DNA of 64,000 bases, taken from contig CAIPHS010000005.1 in the NCBI GenBank assembly GCA_903864915.1, positions 3,968 to 67,967 on the forward strand, in the 5' to 3' direction. This DNA is from an uncultured Candidatus Woesearchaeota archaeon. Lineage in GTDB: Archaea > Nanobdellota > Nanobdellia > UBA10117. The position numbers were made by a program, and so were the translations under genes. Of this stretch, positions 33,362-43,649 are shown piece after piece. Position 1 is the stretch's first letter, and every line of letters begins with the position of its first letter. The notes beneath the pieces were generated by a model. The model was not told the DNA's origin. It saw nothing but the letters and a program-made list of their open reading frames with translations, and made no database searches.

Positions 33362-34581
33362 AGTAATTCTTCCGCTTTCTCCAGCTCATTTTCTGCCAGG
33401 CAATTGAACAGCTGCTCAAGCTTTTGCATGTCGACAGGCACTGGCAGGTTATCTTTGATCAATTTCAGGCCCATCTGGTCTGCTGAAATCTTCTTTTCCT
33501 TCAAATCCTGCAGGAGAGTGGTCTTTGCTGCTGCCTCGACAGTTGTAAGGTCAGACTTGTCAATGTCCAGGATTGCTTTTCCTGCAAAATCCTTGTAAAT
33601 CTGCGACAAATTAATATCTGCTGTGCTGAAACCAGGTGCAATCGTCCCCTTGACTTTGACTCTAATCATCGGCTTCTGGCTTTGCACTAATGAAACTGCT
33701 TTTGCAACAGCCTGATGGATTGTAAACTGGATTTCTGCAGGCTTCTTTTCCCTAACTTCAACCAGACAGTAATGTGCGGGCCTTATACGTATGGGTTTGA
33801 ATGAAATGTCGCGCAGTTTTTTCTCAGGCGGCAAATCTATTATGAAAAATCCCTTCTCAGCTGTAGATTCTTTCTGGTTCAGCTGCGTTATGACTGTGGA
33901 GCCAGGTATGAGGATTGGTGCTTTTGTCTTTGGATGCTGTTCCTCAACGCGCCAATGATAATGGCCTGCGAGATAGAAGTCAAACTTTTCCGGCAAGTCT
34001 GCGAATTTTATCGCATTTGTATCAACAGGCATTAACTCTGCCAGATTCTGGTGCAGCATCAAGAAATTGTGCGCATTTTCAAACGGCTCGGGCTTCCAGC
34101 TTAACAATGCATCCCGCGCATAATCTTCCGGCACTCCTGATAAACCGTGAATGCCTATCTTCTCATATCCTATTTCGAGCAGAATAGATTCTGCATGCAG
34201 TAAAGTAATGAGGCCTGCCTTTTCTAAAATCTGTGCAGGATTAGTGCTGTTGGTGTGTCTTCGTTCGTGCGTGCCCCATATGCCAACAACTGCTGGAATA
34301 AGCTCCTTTTTTTCAATAACCTGCTTGTCTTTTGTGACTCTTTTAACGACGCTGACTTTTTTCAGCTTCTTGCTCAGGTAATCAAAAAGCTCGATTGCCC
34401 TTCCAAGTATCTCCTGCCTGGGCAGCTTTTCATGGAAGATATCACCCGCAAGCAAAAATAAATCTGGCTTTTCCTTCAGGGCCAGATCAAAGGCCTGCCT
34501 GGCATTTTCAAAGCTCTCCTCCTGTCTCTCAGTGCCATAAGCAAAGCCGAGATGTAAGTCTGAGAGGAAAGCTATTTTCAT
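33358..34581 (-). CDS. mre11: Mre11 nuclease (calcineurin-like phosphoesterase)
   Basis: Phosphoesterase motifs SDLHLG, AGDIFH, GTHE and GHYH. Confidence 0.9.
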   Translation of the reverse strand: MKIAFLSDLHLGFAYGTERQEESFENARQAFDLALKEKPDLFLLAGDIFHEKLPRQEILGRAIELFDYLSKKLKKVSVVKRVTKDKQVIEKKELIPAVVGIWGTHERRHTNSTNPAQILEKAGLITLLHAESILLEIGYEKIGIHGLSGVPEDYARDALLSWKPEPFENAHNFLMLHQNLAELMPVDTNAIKFADLPEKFDFYLAGHYHWRVEEQHPKTKAPILIPGSTVITQLNQKESTAEKGFFIIDLPPEKKLRDISFKPIRIRPAHYCLVEVREKKPAEIQFTIHQAVAKAVSLVQSQKPMIRVKVKGTIAPGFSTADINLSQIYKDFAGKAILDIDKSDLTTVEAAAKTTLLQDLKEKKISADQMGLKLIKDNLPVPVDMQKLEQLFNCLAENELEKAEELL

Positions 34582-34684
34582 GTCACTTTATATGAGCAAA
34601 ATAACTTATATGTATTTATTTGGAACAGCATACATCCGGATTTTTTTCCAAAATGTTTTTTAAGCTATAGATTCAAGGACTAAT

Positions 34685-35365
34685 ATGGAACACACATCTA
34701 ATCTAGACATAAAATTTGATGTTCCGAACACCTATTTCGGAGTTTGTGTGATAAATGGCCCAAAGATTAAAAGTTCTGACCATTCTTTAAATGATCTTGA
34801 ACAAGTGGTCTTTCAGGAAGTAAAACTTCGCTTTCCTCTAAACGAACTGGCGAACAACCCAGTAATAAGAAATTTCAGGGATCTTTATAGTTCATATGGG
34901 ATGGATCCCACTAAAGACAGAATAGCTTCTGAAGCGTTGATACGCAGAATACATTCCGGGCAGAATTTATGGCGAGTTAACAACGTAATAGATGCCATGA
35001 ATCTGGCTTCGGCACTCTACGGCTTGCCAATAGGCGTTATGGATTACCACAAGATTAACTTTCCGATAACGGTTCGAAAAGCCAATGTAGGAGAACCATT
35101 CGTTAAAATTGGAGGAAAGACTGTAAATTGCAGCGGAAAGGAAATAGTTGTTGCAGATAACGAAAAAATTCTGGATTTTGGTTTTGCCACGGCAGATACA
35201 GATCTTGCCAAAGTTACAGACAAAACAAAAGACTTGCTTATCGTAGTTTATGCCACTGATTCCATTGAAAAGACATATGTCAACAAAGCGTTAGATGATG
35301 TTATAAGTTTCATAACTCGTTTTGCAGGCGGAGAGGTTGCCTTGCGATATTTGACTAAAAAGTAA
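34685..35365 (+). CDS. stand-alone B3/B4 (PheRS-beta-like tRNA-binding) domain protein
   Basis: EALIRRI...LWRVNNVIDAMNLASALYGLPIGVMDYHKINFPITVRKANVGEPFVKIGG...IVVADNEKILDFG follows the B3_4 domain pattern. Confidence 0.7.
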   Translation: MEHTSNLDIKFDVPNTYFGVCVINGPKIKSSDHSLNDLEQVVFQEVKLRFPLNELANNPVIRNFRDLYSSYGMDPTKDRIASEALIRRIHSGQNLWRVNNVIDAMNLASALYGLPIGVMDYHKINFPITVRKANVGEPFVKIGGKTVNCSGKEIVVADNEKILDFGFATADTDLAKVTDKTKDLLIVVYATDSIEKTYVNKALDDVISFITRFAGGEVALRYLTKK

Positions 35366-35449
35366 AAACAAAGCGGTTTTTAATCTCAAGCTCCCATGTC
35401 AGTTTCGTCTTTTTGACGAAAAAAAGCGATAAACTCTTTTAAAGTTTTT

Positions 35450-37288
35450 TTGCAATATACTGTATTAAGAATGGACATCCTTGAGAACAGAGTAATATTG
35501 AAGCCAGACTCAAATAGAAAGAAAATTAGCTGTGAAATTGAGCAAAATTCTCTAAACCCCTCAAAATACAGAGCAAACGACAAAAATGTGTTATTAGTGG
35601 TGCCTGCTTATACGCGAATCGAGAGACCTTTAGAACTTATCCGAGAAAATTTGCGAAAAGAAAGCGAAATCAGGCCAGCATACCGTACTTCCGGAAGTCT
35701 TGATGCTGACGAAAAACTAATAGATGTATTAGAAAAGAATGGAGTAACTCGCTTGAAAGAGATGAAAAGGGCTGGCCTTCCTATGGGTCTTTTAAGAGTT
35801 GGGACTGCCGCAAAAAGGGAAGGATATAATGTGCAAATCATTGATGCTGTTTTTGAGGGTTGGAACAATGATAAATTTTATTTCAAAGCTTCAAACGGCA
35901 GCGAAATATACCATTATGGTCTCGATGATGCTGATTTAGAACGTAAAATCCGTGAAGCTAATCCTGCAGTCATTGGAATTTCCATTGACTACACACATCA
36001 ATGGGGAAATGCGCGAAGGGTTGCAGATATTGCCAAATCTGTTGATTCAGGCGTACCGGTTATAATGGGTGGAGCGCATGCAACAGGATTACCTGCAGAC
36101 ATATTGTTAGATTCGCCAACCGATTATGTAGTTTTAAGACAAGGCGACATCACATTCACCAAACTTTTAGATGTACTCACAGGCAAATCAACTAAAAAAT
36201 TGGAAGATTTGGAAGGCATAGCTTTCAAAAAAGACGGCCAGGTAATCAAAACCAAAGATAGGAAGTTCATAAAAGATATCGAACTGATAGGCACCCCAGA
36301 CTACTCTTTCCTGAATCTACCGACATACAGCGGACCTTATCATTCTGGTGGAGAAAGAAAGGTTAAGGATGGGAACATAGTCTATGGATTTACAACGCTC
36401 GGATGCAACACTCGATGCACTTTCTGCACAATTCCTCGCGTCCAAGGCCCATGGATACGCATGAATAATGACTTGTTAGAAAAACACCTTCAAAATATAA
36501 CTTCACTAGGGGTTAAAGAATACATTGTAGAAGATGATCATCTACTTCACGATCCTGCATGGGCGATGGAAGTATTTGATTTACTCAAAAAATACAAATT
36601 GCCTTGGTTTGAAGAAGGTGGCATTGGCCTTTACAGTCTAATTGCTTTGTTAGAGAACGTTGATGAAAAAACGCTCTCAGACAATAGACACAATAAAATC
36701 ATTTATGAGCACGTGCTTAAAGCAAAACAAAACGGTCTAACAACCAAACAACTAATTAGAAGCATGGCTCAAAGCGGATGCTATAGTGTTTATCTTGCCG
36801 TAGAAAGTGCCAACGCTGATTCGCTAAGTACCGCAAATAAACCAAAAGTAAACGCTATGCAATCCCACACTCAGGAAGTCGTGGGATTATTCGATAAAAA
36901 CAACATAAACGCGACTGTTGGACTAATGCTGGGCTTTGTTAACCCTATCGGCGATGGCGAATTTATAGAAACACGAAGTCAAATAAACAATTCGATCAAA
37001 TACGGCCAGTTTCTAAAAGGCTCTGGCGCAGCATTTGTGAATCCATTCATCTTCACACCTTTGCCAGGAGCGCCACATTTTAGCAGATTAGAAAAATACG
37101 CCACGAAAAATACTGATGAGGGCTATTCACACGAATTCTGTACAGTAAATATGAGAAATAACGAATGGTCTATGGACGAAATGAACTTATTGAGAGTAAG
37201 AGCACTAGTTGAAGGCAATGGTCTCTCAAACTACATGGAAACTTTAAGAACTGGAACATGGGCAGTTCGTAACAAAATTAACCAATAA
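35450..37288 (+). CDS. cobalamin-binding (class B) radical SAM enzyme
   Basis: B12-binding-like Rossmann segment (AVIGISIDYT...VPVIMGGAHATG) upstream of the radical SAM cluster GCNTRCTFCTIP. An alternative start is at 35471. Confidence 0.85.
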   Translation: MQYTVLRMDILENRVILKPDSNRKKISCEIEQNSLNPSKYRANDKNVLLVVPAYTRIERPLELIRENLRKESEIRPAYRTSGSLDADEKLIDVLEKNGVTRLKEMKRAGLPMGLLRVGTAAKREGYNVQIIDAVFEGWNNDKFYFKASNGSEIYHYGLDDADLERKIREANPAVIGISIDYTHQWGNARRVADIAKSVDSGVPVIMGGAHATGLPADILLDSPTDYVVLRQGDITFTKLLDVLTGKSTKKLEDLEGIAFKKDGQVIKTKDRKFIKDIELIGTPDYSFLNLPTYSGPYHSGGERKVKDGNIVYGFTTLGCNTRCTFCTIPRVQGPWIRMNNDLLEKHLQNITSLGVKEYIVEDDHLLHDPAWAMEVFDLLKKYKLPWFEEGGIGLYSLIALLENVDEKTLSDNRHNKIIYEHVLKAKQNGLTTKQLIRSMAQSGCYSVYLAVESANADSLSTANKPKVNAMQSHTQEVVGLFDKNNINATVGLMLGFVNPIGDGEFIETRSQINNSIKYGQFLKGSGAAFVNPFIFTPLPGAPHFSRLEKYATKNTDEGYSHEFCTVNMRNNEWSMDEMNLLRVRALVEGNGLSNYMETLRTGTWAVRNKINQ

Positions 37289-37340
37289 CACTTACCTAAA
37301 ATTTTAAAAGGGGTTTTAGTATTATAATGAAGGAATTAAT

Positions 37341-38792
37341 ATGGCTCTTAAGAATAAGAAAGAGAAAAACTTCTCTGAGTGGTACACCGAGCTGGTTTCT
37401 GAAGCAGGTGCTAACCTCGCTGACATCAGATACGGCATACAGGGCGCCATTGTAGAAACACCTTGGGCAGTCAAGATAATGCGGGCCTATGAGGCCATGC
37501 TTGAGAAGGAAGTTGAAGCAGATGGGCATGAGCCAATGTTATTTCCAACTATTGTTCCTGAAGCCTACATAAAGAAAGAAAAAGAACACGTCAAGGGCTT
37601 TGCTCCCGAACTTTACTGGGTAACTGAAGGTGGCGGCAAAAAGCTAGATGAGAAGATGTACCTCAGGCCAACAGGCGAATCACAAATATTCCCAATGTAT
37701 TCCATCTGGATAAGAAGTTGGAATCAGCTCCCGTTCAAGCGCTACCAATCAAGAATATCTGTATTCAGGTTTGAATCGACCACCAGGCCTTTCTTAAGAG
37801 GAAGAGAATTCAATTTCTTCGAATGTCATGACGTTTTCGCCACACACGAAGAGGCTCTAAAGCAAATTGAAAGAGACATGATTTACACTGAGAACGTTGC
37901 ACACAAGAAACTCGGTTTGCCATTCATGTTCGTTAGGCGACCACAATGGGATAAATTTGCGGGCGGTGTTGATACTTATGGTGCTGAGACGATTGTTGAT
38001 GGAAAGGTAAACACCATTGCGTCAACACATGATTTTGGACAGAATTTCGCAAAGGCATACGATATAATTTTTACAGACCAGCATGAAAAGAAGCAATTTG
38101 GCTGGCAAACTACACTTGGCCCGGGACTCATAAGAATCATGGCTGGCCTAATAGGCATACATGGCGACAACTATGGCCTTGTTTTGCCATTTGAAATCGC
38201 ACCAGTTCAAATTGTCATAATTCCAATTATTTTTGAGAAAAAATCTGCTGACGTTGACAAAAAATGTAAGCAACTGGAAAAAGAACTGAAAGAACAGGGC
38301 TACAGAGTAAAATATGACGATTCAGACAACACTGCGGGCTGGAAATACAACGAATGGGAAATGAAAGGTGTCCCGATAAGGATTGAAGTCGGCCCGAGGG
38401 AAGTCAAAGAAAATAAACTGACGTTGGTAAGAAGGGATGTAAAACAAAAGGAAATAATTTCCGAAAAGGATTTGGACAAGAAGATTGAGGAACATGCTGA
38501 CGCTTTGCTGAAAAACATAACCAAAAAAGCAGAGACTGAACTGAAAAATTCCATAAATGAAGCAAAAACTTTTGCTGATGCAAAGAAAATCCTTGAAACC
38601 AAGAGAGGAATAGTAAGGGCTCCTTGGTGTTCAATCGACTTTGACGGGCAAAAATGCGCCGACAAGCTGCAGGAAGAGGCTTCTGCAAAGGTCCGCGGCA
38701 CCCTGTTTGGCAAGGAAGAGAAGGCATCCGGCAAGTGCATTATGTGCGGCAAGCCAGCCAAACATGTTGTTTACATAGCAAAATCATACTAG
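37341..38792 (+). CDS. proS: prolyl-tRNA synthetase (archaeal/eukaryotic type)
   Basis: N-terminal FSEWYTELV...A.L.D.RY.I.G, class II motifs (RPTGES, FRFE..TRPFLRGREF) and the C-terminal Zn-binding tail CIMCGK...YIAKSY. Confidence 0.9.
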   Translation: MALKNKKEKNFSEWYTELVSEAGANLADIRYGIQGAIVETPWAVKIMRAYEAMLEKEVEADGHEPMLFPTIVPEAYIKKEKEHVKGFAPELYWVTEGGGKKLDEKMYLRPTGESQIFPMYSIWIRSWNQLPFKRYQSRISVFRFESTTRPFLRGREFNFFECHDVFATHEEALKQIERDMIYTENVAHKKLGLPFMFVRRPQWDKFAGGVDTYGAETIVDGKVNTIASTHDFGQNFAKAYDIIFTDQHEKKQFGWQTTLGPGLIRIMAGLIGIHGDNYGLVLPFEIAPVQIVIIPIIFEKKSADVDKKCKQLEKELKEQGYRVKYDDSDNTAGWKYNEWEMKGVPIRIEVGPREVKENKLTLVRRDVKQKEIISEKDLDKKIEEHADALLKNITKKAETELKNSINEAKTFADAKKILETKRGIVRAPWCSIDFDGQKCADKLQEEASAKVRGTLFGKEEKASGKCIMCGKPAKHVVYIAKSY

Positions 38793-38853
38793 CTTCCAAC
38801 AAAAAGGTTTAAGAATATGTTTAATCATCCAACTGATGTTTTGGTGCATGTAA

Positions 38854-39492
38854 ATGGCAACTGTAGAATCTAAACACGGAACAACAACAGTAAGCATTGT
38901 TTGTAAAGATGCAATAATCATTGCTGCAGACAAAAGAGCCAGCATGGGCTATCTGATTGCAAACAAAGAAACTGACAAGATCTTCAAAATCTCAGACCAG
39001 ATTGCTATGACCATTGCAGGCAGTGCCGGTGACGGCCAGATGCTTGCAAAATACCTGAAAGCAGAGGTGGACCTCTACAGGTTAAACATAAACATGGAGC
39101 CAAGCCTCGATGTGGCTTCAAACCTTATGCAGAATATTCTTTTCCAGCAGGGAAAAAGCTGGGCACCTTATTTAGTGCAGTTAATTATTGCAGGACTTGA
39201 TGACAAGGGCAACTACGCAATCTACACCCTGGATCCTATGGGAAGCAGCATCAAAGAAACCAGATACTATACAACAGGCTCAGGAAGCCCAATGGTTTTC
39301 GGCCTCCTGGAAGACAGCTACAGAGAGAACATGTCTGAAGAAGAAGCCGTACAGCTGGCTGTAAGGGGAATAACCTCTGCGGTCAGGCGCGATATGGGCT
39401 CCGGCGAAGGAATCGACGTCATTATAATAAACAAGAAAGGCTTCAGACGATTGGACAAGATACCGATTGACACTGTGGTAAAAAAGAAGTAA
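38854..39492 (+). CDS. psmB: proteasome beta subunit
   Basis: Short propeptide followed by GTTTVSIVCKDAIIIAADKRAS (active-site Thr). Length is 212 aa. Confidence 0.9.
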   Translation: MATVESKHGTTTVSIVCKDAIIIAADKRASMGYLIANKETDKIFKISDQIAMTIAGSAGDGQMLAKYLKAEVDLYRLNINMEPSLDVASNLMQNILFQQGKSWAPYLVQLIIAGLDDKGNYAIYTLDPMGSSIKETRYYTTGSGSPMVFGLLEDSYRENMSEEEAVQLAVRGITSAVRRDMGSGEGIDVIIINKKGFRRLDKIPIDTVVKKK

Positions 39493-39596
39493 TCAAACTC
39501 ATACTCTAAAACCACTTAGGGATTTAATATGAATGTATTAGCCCAAATCTTAGAAACAGAGCAAATCCTACGGATTTGCGAGTTTGGAGAATTACA

Positions 39597-41468
39597 ATGA
39601 GTGTGCTAGATTCAATTCTCGAGAAATTACCGCGTGACGCAGGCATAACAAGCTCGTGCTATGAAGGCGCAAACATAGTCCTCTATACAAAAAACAAGAC
39701 TTTTTTCCTGCACGGCGGGGACATCATAAGACAGATGGTTTCAGAAATAAAAAAAAGAATAGACTTGCGCGCAGATGATTCCCTAAGGAAAGACGAGGAA
39801 AAGGCAGAGAAGTTCATCCGCGATGCAGTCTCGAAAGATGCAGACATAACGCAGATACTCTTTGAGTCTGCACGTTCCATAATAACTATTGAGGCGAAGA
39901 AGCCCGGGCTTGCAATAGGCAAGGATGGCGAGCTCCTGAAGAAAATAAAAGAGGAGACATTTTGGACACCAATAGTAAGGCGAGAATCCGCAATTCCTTC
40001 AAAAATTACCACAAGCATCAGAAATGTCCTGTTTACAGAATCTGATTACAGAAGAAAATTCCTGCACAGTGTCGGCCAGCGCATATACGAAATCAAGAAA
40101 TCCACGCTAGATGACATGTGGGCTAGAATTTCAATCCTTGGTGCTGGCAGGGAAGTTGGAAGGTCTTGTTTCTTGCTGCAGACTCCTGAATCCAAAGTCC
40201 TGTTGGATTGCGGGCTCAACATCGCGGCAACAGGCAAGTATGCATATCCCTACCTGAGTGTGCCTGAGTTCCACATTGACGATTTGGATGCAGTTATAAT
40301 CTCGCACTCGCATCTGGACCATTGCGGCTTTTTGCCATACCTGTTCAAGATGGGCTACAAAGGCCCAGTCTATCTTACAGAGCCGACAAGGGATATTTTT
40401 GCACTTCTCGCTCTGGATTACATCGAGCTTTCGCATTCCGGAAAGCCACTGTACACATCAGCGGATGTCAAGGAAACGATAAAACACACAATCTCCCTCG
40501 AATACGGTGAAGTCACAGACATTACTCCTGATATAAGACTGACATTCTATAACGCAGGCCATATACTTGGAAGCGCCCTTGTGCATCTGCACATCGGAGA
40601 GGGCTGGCACAACCTGCTGTACACTGGTGACTTGAAAGCCAAACGCTCTTTGATGCTGAACCCAGCACAAATAACCTTTCCCCGTGTCGAGACATTGATG
40701 ATTGAGAGCACATATGGTGCGCCAGAAGACATCATGCCTTCAAGGGAAGAATGCGAAGACTCGCAAATGAAGATAATCAAGGAAACGATTGCAAGGAAAG
40801 GCAAAATCCTCATACCATCGCTTGGAGTCGGCAGGTCCCAGGAGATAATGCTGACTCTGGAGAAAGCTGCAAGGGAAGAGGGCTTCAAAGTCCCAGTTTA
40901 TGTTGATGGCATGATTTGGGATGTGACTGCAGTATATGCCTCATATCCAAGATTCATGGCAACTGATGTCCGAGAGAAAGTTTTCTACGAGGAGCAAAAC
41001 CCATTGCTAAACCCTATGTTCAAGCGCGTCGGCTCCGGAAAGGAGAGGCAGGAAGTAATTGACGGCCCACCATGTGTCATAATTGCGACATCCGGCATGC
41101 TGACAGGCGGTCCTTCTGTTGAATACTTCAAGAAACTGGCTGACAACCCTAAAAATTCCATACTTTTTGTAAACTACCAGGCTGAAGGCTCACCAGGTTA
41201 TTACGTGCAGAGAGGAGACACCGAAATGAAGTTCGATGCTGAAAGTATCAAAGTTAACCTGGAAAGACACGCTATCACGGGATTCTCAGGGCACGCCGAC
41301 AAGCTGGAGCTTGAACAATATATTCAGAAGATAAAGCCGAGGCCGAAGAAAATAATAGTTGTGCACGGCGAGACTTCAAAAACGCTAAGCCTTGCAAGCA
41401 ACATACATAAGATGTTCAGGGTTGAAACAATTGCACCAAAGAACCTGGAAGTAATAAGGCTTCGCTGA
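39597..41468 (+). CDS. aCPSF1-type KH + metallo-beta-lactamase/beta-CASP ribonuclease
   Basis: N-terminal KH-like segments, the HSHLDHCG motif and beta-CASP motifs downstream. Start set at MSVLD (39597), with GGAGA 6 nt upstream. Confidence 0.9.
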   Translation: MSVLDSILEKLPRDAGITSSCYEGANIVLYTKNKTFFLHGGDIIRQMVSEIKKRIDLRADDSLRKDEEKAEKFIRDAVSKDADITQILFESARSIITIEAKKPGLAIGKDGELLKKIKEETFWTPIVRRESAIPSKITTSIRNVLFTESDYRRKFLHSVGQRIYEIKKSTLDDMWARISILGAGREVGRSCFLLQTPESKVLLDCGLNIAATGKYAYPYLSVPEFHIDDLDAVIISHSHLDHCGFLPYLFKMGYKGPVYLTEPTRDIFALLALDYIELSHSGKPLYTSADVKETIKHTISLEYGEVTDITPDIRLTFYNAGHILGSALVHLHIGEGWHNLLYTGDLKAKRSLMLNPAQITFPRVETLMIESTYGAPEDIMPSREECEDSQMKIIKETIARKGKILIPSLGVGRSQEIMLTLEKAAREEGFKVPVYVDGMIWDVTAVYASYPRFMATDVREKVFYEEQNPLLNPMFKRVGSGKERQEVIDGPPCVIIATSGMLTGGPSVEYFKKLADNPKNSILFVNYQAEGSPGYYVQRGDTEMKFDAESIKVNLERHAITGFSGHADKLELEQYIQKIKPRPKKIIVVHGETSKTLSLASNIHKMFRVETIAPKNLEVIRLR

Positions 41469-41471
41469 TTT

Positions 41472-42041
41472 TTACGCAAGGAAGAACTTGTAAACAAATA
41501 TCTTGTCGACAGGGTGCACTGGGTTAAGGTGCTTCTTCAAATCCATTGAAATCTTATCCAGCACAGAAGGGTCAAAAACTTTCACGCTGTCGTATTCTTT
41601 AATCGCTGACTCTGTGAACGTTTTGGTTTGTCTAAGCAATTCGCCTCTTACTGACCTGTGCAGCTTCTTGACATTGAAGAAAAACCATTTTATGCAGACC
41701 TGCTTGTCATCTTTTGTCTTGGCACGCATAACATAAATTGCCCTTTCCTTGTATTTTCTGGCTGACCTCTGCATGAAACTCTCTGTCAGGTAATATTCTG
41801 ATGGTGCTGTGCCAACTTTCTCGCCTTTTGCTTCTACGATTTTAAGCAAGTATTTACGATTGCCATCTTTTGGCAGTCCTGTGAGCATCTGTCCGCTGAC
41901 TTCGACTGATCTTCCCTGCAGCTCTTCAGGTGAATACGCTGTGATATCTGCAAGTTCCCTTGAATTGAAAAGCGCAGGTGCAACTACGGTGAACCATTTC
42001 TTCTTACCCCTGGGTTGTTTGCCTGCAGCCATTTTAACCAA
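41472..42041 (-). CDS. rps3ae: 30S ribosomal protein S3Ae (eS1)
   Basis: KKKWFTVVAPALFNSRELADI...GRSVEVS pattern typical of S3Ae/S1e. Confidence 0.9.
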   Translation of the reverse strand: MVKMAAGKQPRGKKKWFTVVAPALFNSRELADITAYSPEELQGRSVEVSGQMLTGLPKDGNRKYLLKIVEAKGEKVGTAPSEYYLTESFMQRSARKYKERAIYVMRAKTKDDKQVCIKWFFFNVKKLHRSVRGELLRQTKTFTESAIKEYDSVKVFDPSVLDKISMDLKKHLNPVHPVDKIFVYKFFLA

Positions 42042-42477
42042 CTAGTTTGTATGTCCAGTTTTCTGGAAGCACACCTTCGGATTTGTAGTATTTAGACAGC
42101 CTGCGTATCTTTGATTCTATCAAGTGCAGGCCTCTTTTCGTGACCATATCTTTCTTGTTTTGGTCCAGGTGCTTCTTTGCCTGGATTGCCCTTCTTAACA
42201 GGGCTTGTATATCCTCAGGAGCCTGTGGTGCGAGCTTGTTTTTTACCAAAATCGCTGTTATTTTCTTGCCCGTGATTTTTCGAACATCTGGGATGCCATA
42301 AGAATCGCGCAAAACCATGCCTATCTTGGCTGCGTTATAATCCTGCTTTGCCAATTTGACAACAAGAGCCTCAATCTCTTCGGGCTTGTATTGTATCCAT
42401 GCTGGAGCGGGGGCTAGCAACGGCTTCTTGGACGCCGAAGACCCTTTTCTTCCAGAATGTAGCCTTGACATGTTCAA
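42034..42477 (-). CDS. rps15: 30S ribosomal protein S15 (uS15, S13e type)
   Basis: MSRLHSGRKGSSASKKP... N-terminus and C-terminal GLHLIESKIRRLSKYYK. It overlaps rps3ae by 8 nt. Confidence 0.9.
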   Translation of the reverse strand: MNMSRLHSGRKGSSASKKPLLAPAPAWIQYKPEEIEALVVKLAKQDYNAAKIGMVLRDSYGIPDVRKITGKKITAILVKNKLAPQAPEDIQALLRRAIQAKKHLDQNKKDMVTKRGLHLIESKIRRLSKYYKSEGVLPENWTYKLVG

Positions 42478-42522
42478 TCTGTTTTAAAGAGCCTTTAAAA
42501 GACTTTTCGTAAACAGTGTCGT

Positions 42523-42912
42523 ATGCCTATCCACATAGGTATGGAATATACTTCTAGCGAAAAAAAGAAACTTACCATCGAATATAGCCGCCTCAGGATT
42601 TTAAATTATACATCTCCGGCAGATTTCGGCAAGTTCTTGGAAGCCATAAAGAGCGAGGCCATCGCGGTAACATATCTCGGCTATGGCGATCATAGCGTAT
42701 CAACCGAAGAGAAATCACCCGAATACGGCAAACTCGAGTCTTTTTTTAGAAACAGAACAACCGAATTTTTTAAAGTACAAGGCATAATCAAAATCGGGGG
42801 AAATCCTGCAGATTTTTACATGGAATCAGAAGTTGCAAAAAACAATCGACACAACCTTAGGATTTATTCAGAGCGTGCTGTTGCAGATGCGCTTGAAGAC
42901 CTTCTCAAATAG
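42523..42912 (+). CDS. hypothetical protein
   Basis: 129-aa ORF with no motif I recognise. Confidence 0.5.
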   Translation: MPIHIGMEYTSSEKKKLTIEYSRLRILNYTSPADFGKFLEAIKSEAIAVTYLGYGDHSVSTEEKSPEYGKLESFFRNRTTEFFKVQGIIKIGGNPADFYMESEVAKNNRHNLRIYSERAVADALEDLLK

Positions 42913-43504
42913 GCGCTTTCTCTTTGTATCGTCCTCTGCGTTCCACAACTTTCAATCTGTTGATAACTTCCTTAACACTATAATTTTTCTCGAAAACTTT
43001 CCAAGCCTGCTCCCAGATTTCAAAGTGTTTTGATTTTAGGCATTCCTTCAGCAAATGCAGGTCAACTGCCTTGTCTTCAACCCTGTCTGAATGGCCAGAA
43101 AGCCCAAAGTCTATCAAGAATATATTGTTTTTGAAAAGAATCATATTGCTTGTAGTCAAGTCGCCATGCACGATGCCTGCTGCGTGCATCAATTCAACTT
43201 GCTTTGCAATCTGCTTGAAAATTTTAGCATCTTTTGACTTCAGCAAATAGTCTCTTACTTTCTCGCCTTTAATCTCCTCAATTTCCAGAGTTGTCTTTGC
43301 TTCATCAACCTTCAGGACCCTAGGAACATTAACCCTGACCCTTGCGAGCTTCTCCAAAATCCTCGCTTCCATCTTCGTCCTTTCCTTCCTTAATTTAGTA
43401 TCAATTTCCTTAATCCGATAAGACTTTGAGATTCGCTCCTTGATGATTTTATCTCCGTCTTTGTACAAAATAGCCTCTGCACCCTGCGCAATCTTTTGTT
43501 TCAT
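42905..43504 (-). CDS. bud32: Bud32/Kae1-associated atypical protein kinase (KEOPS subunit)
   Basis: GAEAILYK...IIKERISKSYR, catalytic VHGDLTTSNMIL and IDFGLS. Start set at MKQK (43504). Confidence 0.85.
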   Translation of the reverse strand: MKQKIAQGAEAILYKDGDKIIKERISKSYRIKEIDTKLRKERTKMEARILEKLARVRVNVPRVLKVDEAKTTLEIEEIKGEKVRDYLLKSKDAKIFKQIAKQVELMHAAGIVHGDLTTSNMILFKNNIFLIDFGLSGHSDRVEDKAVDLHLLKECLKSKHFEIWEQAWKVFEKNYSVKEVINRLKVVERRGRYKEKAPI

Positions 43505-43604
43505 CCGTTTTCTCCAGCAAACAGTGTTCAAAACATTTATATACTCTCATATTTTAATACTTTTATGGCAACCGAGTTGGTGCGCCGGAATTGTTAGGAC
43601 CCTG

Positions 43605-43624
43605 TTTATAGATAGATTTATAGA
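43605..43624 (+). promoter_or_regulatory. tandem TTTATAGA TATA-like boxes upstream of tRNA-Asn
   Basis: TTTATAGATAGATTTATAGA. The proximal box starts 33 nt upstream of tRNA position 1. Confidence 0.4.
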
Positions 43625-43649
43625 GCATTCTTCTGGAATTTATCATGAT

